From positions 480,001 to 544,000 of the forward strand of contig CAVQNG010000025.1 of NCBI GenBank assembly GCA_963713825.1: 64,000 nt of DNA, in the 5' to 3' direction. The notes beneath the pieces are model-generated. The model was given only the letters and a program-made list of their open reading frames with translations. It searched no databases and was not told where the DNA came from. Positions 59,933 to 64,000 of this stretch are shown piece by piece; positions within the stretch are counted from its first letter, which is position 1; each line of letters starts with the position of its first letter. Source of the stretch: an uncultured Acidobacteriota bacterium. GTDB taxonomy: Bacteria; Acidobacteriota; Thermoanaerobaculia; Multivoradales; JAHEKO01. The position numbers and the translations under genes were made by a program.

Positions 59933-61075
59933 TCAATCGAAACGACTGGGGTTCTGCGGGCCGCGCTGTACGAGCTCGGCAGAAACCGCGGTTCGGTTTC
60001 GGCCGGTTTCCTTGGCAACGTACATCGCGGCGTCGGAAAGACGCAACAGCGTACTTTTGCAGCGGTCGGTCGATTGCTCGGCGCTGGCATGCCGATTCAA
60101 CGACGCGATGCCAATGGAGCAGGTCTGCCCGGTCAGCCGCAGGACGTCTGGCTGGACTTCACCGGGCTTGTCGCAGAACGTCATGCTGACGATTGCCTGG
60201 CGCATCTCCTCGGCCAGATCGATCGCTTGCTCGAGATCCAGGGAGGGCGCCGCAATGACGAACTCGTCGCCACCATAGCGTGCTGCGAGCGCCCCGACCT
60301 TATGGCTCATTCCCTGCAGCAGCTGGCCCACCTCGCGCAGGACCTGACTGCCAGCCAGATGACCATGACTGTCGTTGACGCGTTTGAAGAAATCGAGATC
60401 GAGGAAGAGGAGCGACAGATCGACTTCCCGTTGTCGACAGTCTTCAATGGCCCGGCTGAGTGCGATGTGGAGATAACGGTCGTTGTAGAGACCTGTGAGA
60501 TTGTCCCGTTTGGCGATCTCCTGTGCCAGCCGGCCGTCGAGGACGTTCTGAATGGAAACCGAGATGTAGCCGGCGAAGATCTCCAACAGATTGACATCCT
60601 GCTGACTGTAGTCGCCGGCACCGCGGCGGTTGATCAGCTCCAGAACTCCGCAAACCTCCTGTTCTATGCGAATGGGGATGGCCACCAGGGAGTCGGGACG
60701 ATAGTCGTGTGCGTCGGCGAAGTCCCGGTTGAAGAACTGATCCTCTTGTAGATCGACGGTGCGATACGACTGGCCGGTGATGTAGACGTGTCCGCCGACT
60801 CCCTGGTCTGCGGAGACGGTCTGACCGACCAGGCGATCAGCCTTCTCACCAAATGTGGCGATGAAGGTGAGGCTGTTCCGATGCCGGTCTGGCAGCTTCT
60901 TCTTCGGGTTGTCGAGCAGGATGGACCCGGCCTCCGACGGGACGAACTCGTTCGCCTTCCGCAGGATCGCCACCAGAACCTCGGAGAGGTTCATCTCGAG
61001 GAAAATAGGGCTGGCCCGACGGCGCTCGAGGAAGCGCTCCAATCTGGGTAGCTCGAGACAGTGGAATTCCGTCAT
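59933..61075 (-). CDS. GAF-GGDEF diguanylate cyclase
   Basis: GAF domain (GVLELINR), DNLTGLYN, DLDFFKRVND..GH, ARYGGDEF. Confidence 0.93.
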   Translation of the reverse strand: MTEFHCLELPRLERFLERRRASPIFLEMNLSEVLVAILRKANEFVPSEAGSILLDNPKKKLPDRHRNSLTFIATFGEKADRLVGQTVSADQGVGGHVYITGQSYRTVDLQEDQFFNRDFADAHDYRPDSLVAIPIRIEQEVCGVLELINRRGAGDYSQQDVNLLEIFAGYISVSIQNVLDGRLAQEIAKRDNLTGLYNDRYLHIALSRAIEDCRQREVDLSLLFLDLDFFKRVNDSHGHLAGSQVLREVGQLLQGMSHKVGALAARYGGDEFVIAAPSLDLEQAIDLAEEMRQAIVSMTFCDKPGEVQPDVLRLTGQTCSIGIASLNRHASAEQSTDRCKSTLLRLSDAAMYVAKETGRNRTAVSAELVQRGPQNPSRFD

Positions 61076-61262
61076 TCACCTGTCCTCACGGCCGGGACCT
61101 TGAAACCATAGCAGAAGCTTTAGAACCCGAGAATCGAGAACTCCACAGTGTCCGATAGACCGTCGGGCACCGGCATGAGGTCTGTTGTTCATTCCAACCC
61201 GGGCGCCCGGTCCTATGGCAAGATGGAGAGCCCTGCTGCCTGGCTGTCAGAAAGCGATTTCA

Positions 61263-62069
61263 ATGCCGCAACCCCAGCTCAAGAAACGACTCGGTCAGCA
61301 TCATCTCCGGCAGGGCTCCATCTGTCTGCCACTCATCGACTTCCTCGACCCGGCGGGGTCGAAAGTCGTGGAGATCGGGCCCGGTGGAGGAGTCTTGACC
61401 GCCGAGCTGCTGACGGCGGGCGCAACCGTCTTGGCCTGGGAGCTCGACCACGAGTGGGCCTTTGCCCTTCGCCGCCGGCCTCGGCTGCGGCAGGCAGCCG
61501 TCGTGGTTGGTGACGCATTGGACATGCCCTGGGCACTTCTGCCGGCTGGGACCCTGGTGGCCGGTAACCTGCCGTACCAGGTCAGTACCGTGTTGATCGG
61601 CCAACTGCTACCTCACTGGCAAGTCATTCCAAAGGCCTGCTTTCTGGTCCAGTGGGAGGTTGCCGAGCGCCTGCGGGCAACTCCGGGCGATCGGGCCTAT
61701 GGGGCGTTGAGCGTTCTGACCTCGGCGCGGGCCAGGGTCACGGTCTTATCGCGAGTAGCCCGCGAAGCGTTTTACCCGCCGCCCAAAGTCGACGGCGCAT
61801 TCGTCGGCTTGACCCTGGGCAAGCCACCCCTTCCCGAAGCCGAGATGGGAGCTTTCGCAGATACTGTGCGCGTGGCCTTCGCCCAACGGCGGAAAATGCT
61901 CCGCAATAGTCTCGCTGGCAGATGGGGGAGAGCGGCGGCGGTGGAAGCCATCTCGATCGTGGGTCTGGACCCCAAGTCCCGAGCCGAAGAGCTCTCTTTG
62001 AACGATTTCCTGGCCTTGCACGAGGCCCTCTGGAGTAGCTCCGGGGATCTCGTCTCCGGTGGAGCCTAA
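61263..62069 (+). CDS. rsmA: 16S rRNA dimethyladenosine transferase RsmA/KsgA
   Basis: KKRLGQHHL, EIGPGGG, GNLPY, F.PPPKVD, QRRKMLRN. Confidence 0.93.
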   Translation: MPQPQLKKRLGQHHLRQGSICLPLIDFLDPAGSKVVEIGPGGGVLTAELLTAGATVLAWELDHEWAFALRRRPRLRQAAVVVGDALDMPWALLPAGTLVAGNLPYQVSTVLIGQLLPHWQVIPKACFLVQWEVAERLRATPGDRAYGALSVLTSARARVTVLSRVAREAFYPPPKVDGAFVGLTLGKPPLPEAEMGAFADTVRVAFAQRRKMLRNSLAGRWGRAAAVEAISIVGLDPKSRAEELSLNDFLALHEALWSSSGDLVSGGA

Positions 62070-62137
62070 AGATCTCTCAGTGCTAGACTTGCAGCCCTCT
62101 GGAGGGCAGCCGGCTGACCAAGCGCAAGAAGAAGAAA

Positions 62138-64000
62138 GTGGATTCAGGCGGGCGATTGACGCCTGAGAAGAGGTCCGAGCTGTTCGGGATCTCGTGGATT
62201 GTGGTGGCCGTTCTCCTCGGCGTCAGCCTCGGAACCTATCAGCCGACAGATCCCAGCTTCTTTCATCAGACTCCTCAGCCGGGGCCGGTGCAGAACCTGG
62301 CCGGCCGCTTCGGTGCCGAAGTGGCGGCCTTTGTCTTCGAGATCTTCGGCTTCACGGCCCTGCTCCTGCCGGTTCTGCTTCTGCTGACCGGGTGGAGAAA
62401 GTTCTGGAATCGAGAAGGGCAAACGGTTGTCGGCCGAGGAGTGGGAGCGGTCGTCGTGATGGTGACGCTGCCAGCCCTCCTGCAGTCCCTCCTGGGGGTC
62501 GTCACCTGGCGTGGCGTGGAGATGTCCGCAGGAGGTTTGGTCGGGAGCCTGGTTGGCGATTCCTTGGAACGCCTTCTCAACCCCGCCGGCACTCTGGTCG
62601 TGCTGGGTGGTGGGGTTCTGATCGGCTTCACGATGCTCATCCAATCGACGCTGGGCGACTTTCTGATCGCCTGGCGCCAGCGCCTGCTGTCGTGGTGGGA
62701 CCGGCTCTCCTTCGGGTGGGCGCGGCATCGAGAGAGACGCACAAAGGAACAATCCAGGCGCCGGGTGATGACGAAACATCTGGAGAGGGCCGCCGAGAAA
62801 AAGAGTCAGCAGGCGATGGCCACCAAGGTGACGAAACTGCCCTCGACGAGCGACTCCAAGGTCGATCTGCCGCTGCGAGTCGAGGAGAAGGAAGGCCAGG
62901 GTAGCTTTTCCGTCCGCAAGGTGAAGGTCGAGAAACCCAAGAAGGAGAGGCGCGAGGCGCCGAAAACGAAGCAGAAACGGATCGCCTTCGAGGACAAGGT
63001 GCCACCCATCGCCGAGGCCCTGCCGCCCCTGAACCTGCTGCAGCTGGATGCCATCGAGACCAGCGTCGACGAAAACGAGTTGGTGAGGTTGGGAGAGCTG
63101 ATCCGAGCTCGTTGCGCAGAATTCGGGGTCGAGGGCACGGTCGTGGCGATCAGTCCCGGTCCAGTGGTGACCATTTTCGAGTTTCAACCGGCGCCTGGCG
63201 TCAAGGTGAGTCAGATCGTCAGTCTGCAGGACGATCTCGCCCTGGCCTTGAAGGCCGAAGCGATCCGTATCGAGCGACTGCCCGGGCGATCGACGCTGGG
63301 CATCGAAGTTCCCAACAAGAAGAAGGCGATCATTCACCTCGGCCACCTGCTCTCGCAGGGTGAGTTCCGAAAGTCCCCATCGCCCCTGACGGTGGCACTC
63401 GGCACCACTCTGCACGGAGAGCCCTATTTCTCGGATCTGGCGGGGATGCCGCATCTGTTGGTCGCTGGAGCGACGGGCTCGGGCAAGAGCGTCGGTCTTC
63501 AGAGCATGATTACCTCGATCCTCTACAAAGCGACACGGGATGAGGTGCAGTTCATCTTCATCGATCCCAAACGGATCGAGCTCGGGGTCTACGCCAACAT
63601 CCCGCATCTCAAGGCCGAGGTCGTCGTGGAGCCGAAAAAGGCCGCCAATGCCCTGCGCTGGGCGGTCAGTGAGATGGAGCGTCGCTATCGGCTCCTGGCC
63701 GAGGCCCACGTTCGGTCCCTGGACTACTACAACCGGGCCATCCGCAACCCGGAGGTGCGCAAGCGACTGGCCTTGTCCGAAGGCGATGTCGAGGTCCAGG
63801 ACGCCGATCTCAAGCCGTTGCCCTACTACGTCATCGTTATCGACGAGTTGGCCGATCTCATGATGGTGGCGGCGAACGAGGTCGAGGCTTCGATCGCTCG
63901 TCTGGCGCAGATGGCTCGCGCCGTCGGCATCCATCTCATCGTCGCTACCCAAAGACCCTCGGTGGACGTCCTGACCGGGACCATCAAAGCCAACTTTCCA
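62138..64000 (+). CDS. ftsK: DNA translocase FtsK, runs off the window edge; start may be CTG at 62114
   Basis: Manual translation: N-terminal TMs, PGPVVT.FE, GIEVPN, MPHLLVAGATGSGKSV, IDPKRIEL, IDELADLMM, ATQRPSVDV. Confidence 0.95.
   Translation, partial: MDSGGRLTPEKRSELFGISWIVVAVLLGVSLGTYQPTDPSFFHQTPQPGPVQNLAGRFGAEVAAFVFEIFGFTALLLPVLLLLTGWRKFWNREGQTVVGRGVGAVVVMVTLPALLQSLLGVVTWRGVEMSAGGLVGSLVGDSLERLLNPAGTLVVLGGGVLIGFTMLIQSTLGDFLIAWRQRLLSWWDRLSFGWARHRERRTKEQSRRRVMTKHLERAAEKKSQQAMATKVTKLPSTSDSKVDLPLRVEEKEGQGSFSVRKVKVEKPKKERREAPKTKQKRIAFEDKVPPIAEALPPLNLLQLDAIETSVDENELVRLGELIRARCAEFGVEGTVVAISPGPVVTIFEFQPAPGVKVSQIVSLQDDLALALKAEAIRIERLPGRSTLGIEVPNKKKAIIHLGHLLSQGEFRKSPSPLTVALGTTLHGEPYFSDLAGMPHLLVAGATGSGKSVGLQSMITSILYKATRDEVQFIFIDPKRIELGVYANIPHLKAEVVVEPKKAANALRWAVSEMERRYRLLAEAHVRSLDYYNRAIRNPEVRKRLALSEGDVEVQDADLKPLPYYVIVIDELADLMMVAANEVEASIARLAQMARAVGIHLIVATQRPSVDVLTGTIKANFP

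Overview
GC-rich bacterial chromosome window. Gene content (futalosine mqnA/mqnC, an IFADGFESGD-tailed secreted protein) suggests Acidobacteriota, possibly Thermoanaerobaculia; this is inference only. 1-15.6 kb is a phosphate cluster (phoH-like, EamA, ppx, two pstB, pstSCA, phoU, OprO/P porin, phoR-phoB) with several Pho boxes. It is followed by gcvT-gcvH, queA, an Opp-type ABC transporter, a histidine kinase, rplU-rpmA-obgE-nadD-rsfS, a degenerate sigma54 activator and three crotonases. At 32.0-44.5 kb a 12.2-kb integrative element sits in tRNA-Lys(CTT), bounded by 228-bp direct repeats that duplicate the 5' side of the tRNA. It encodes a tyrosine integrase, an AEP/PriCT-type Rep, an RHH protein and about 11 small envelope-protein cargo genes, punctuated by three copies of an unrecognised 88-bp structured repeat. 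After it come tRNA-Leu, tig-clpP-clpX-lon-engB-rho-mqnA-mqnC, a Na+/solute symporter, a DAGK-family kinase, an aldehyde dehydrogenase, a GAF-GGDEF protein, rsmA and ftsK (partial). Best candidates for novelty: the integrative replicon with its repeat-delimited cargo, two identically spaced DnaA-box/IHF-like (DARS-like) modules 44 kb apart, and a Pho-box-associated candidate sRNA with anti-Shine-Dalgarno loops.
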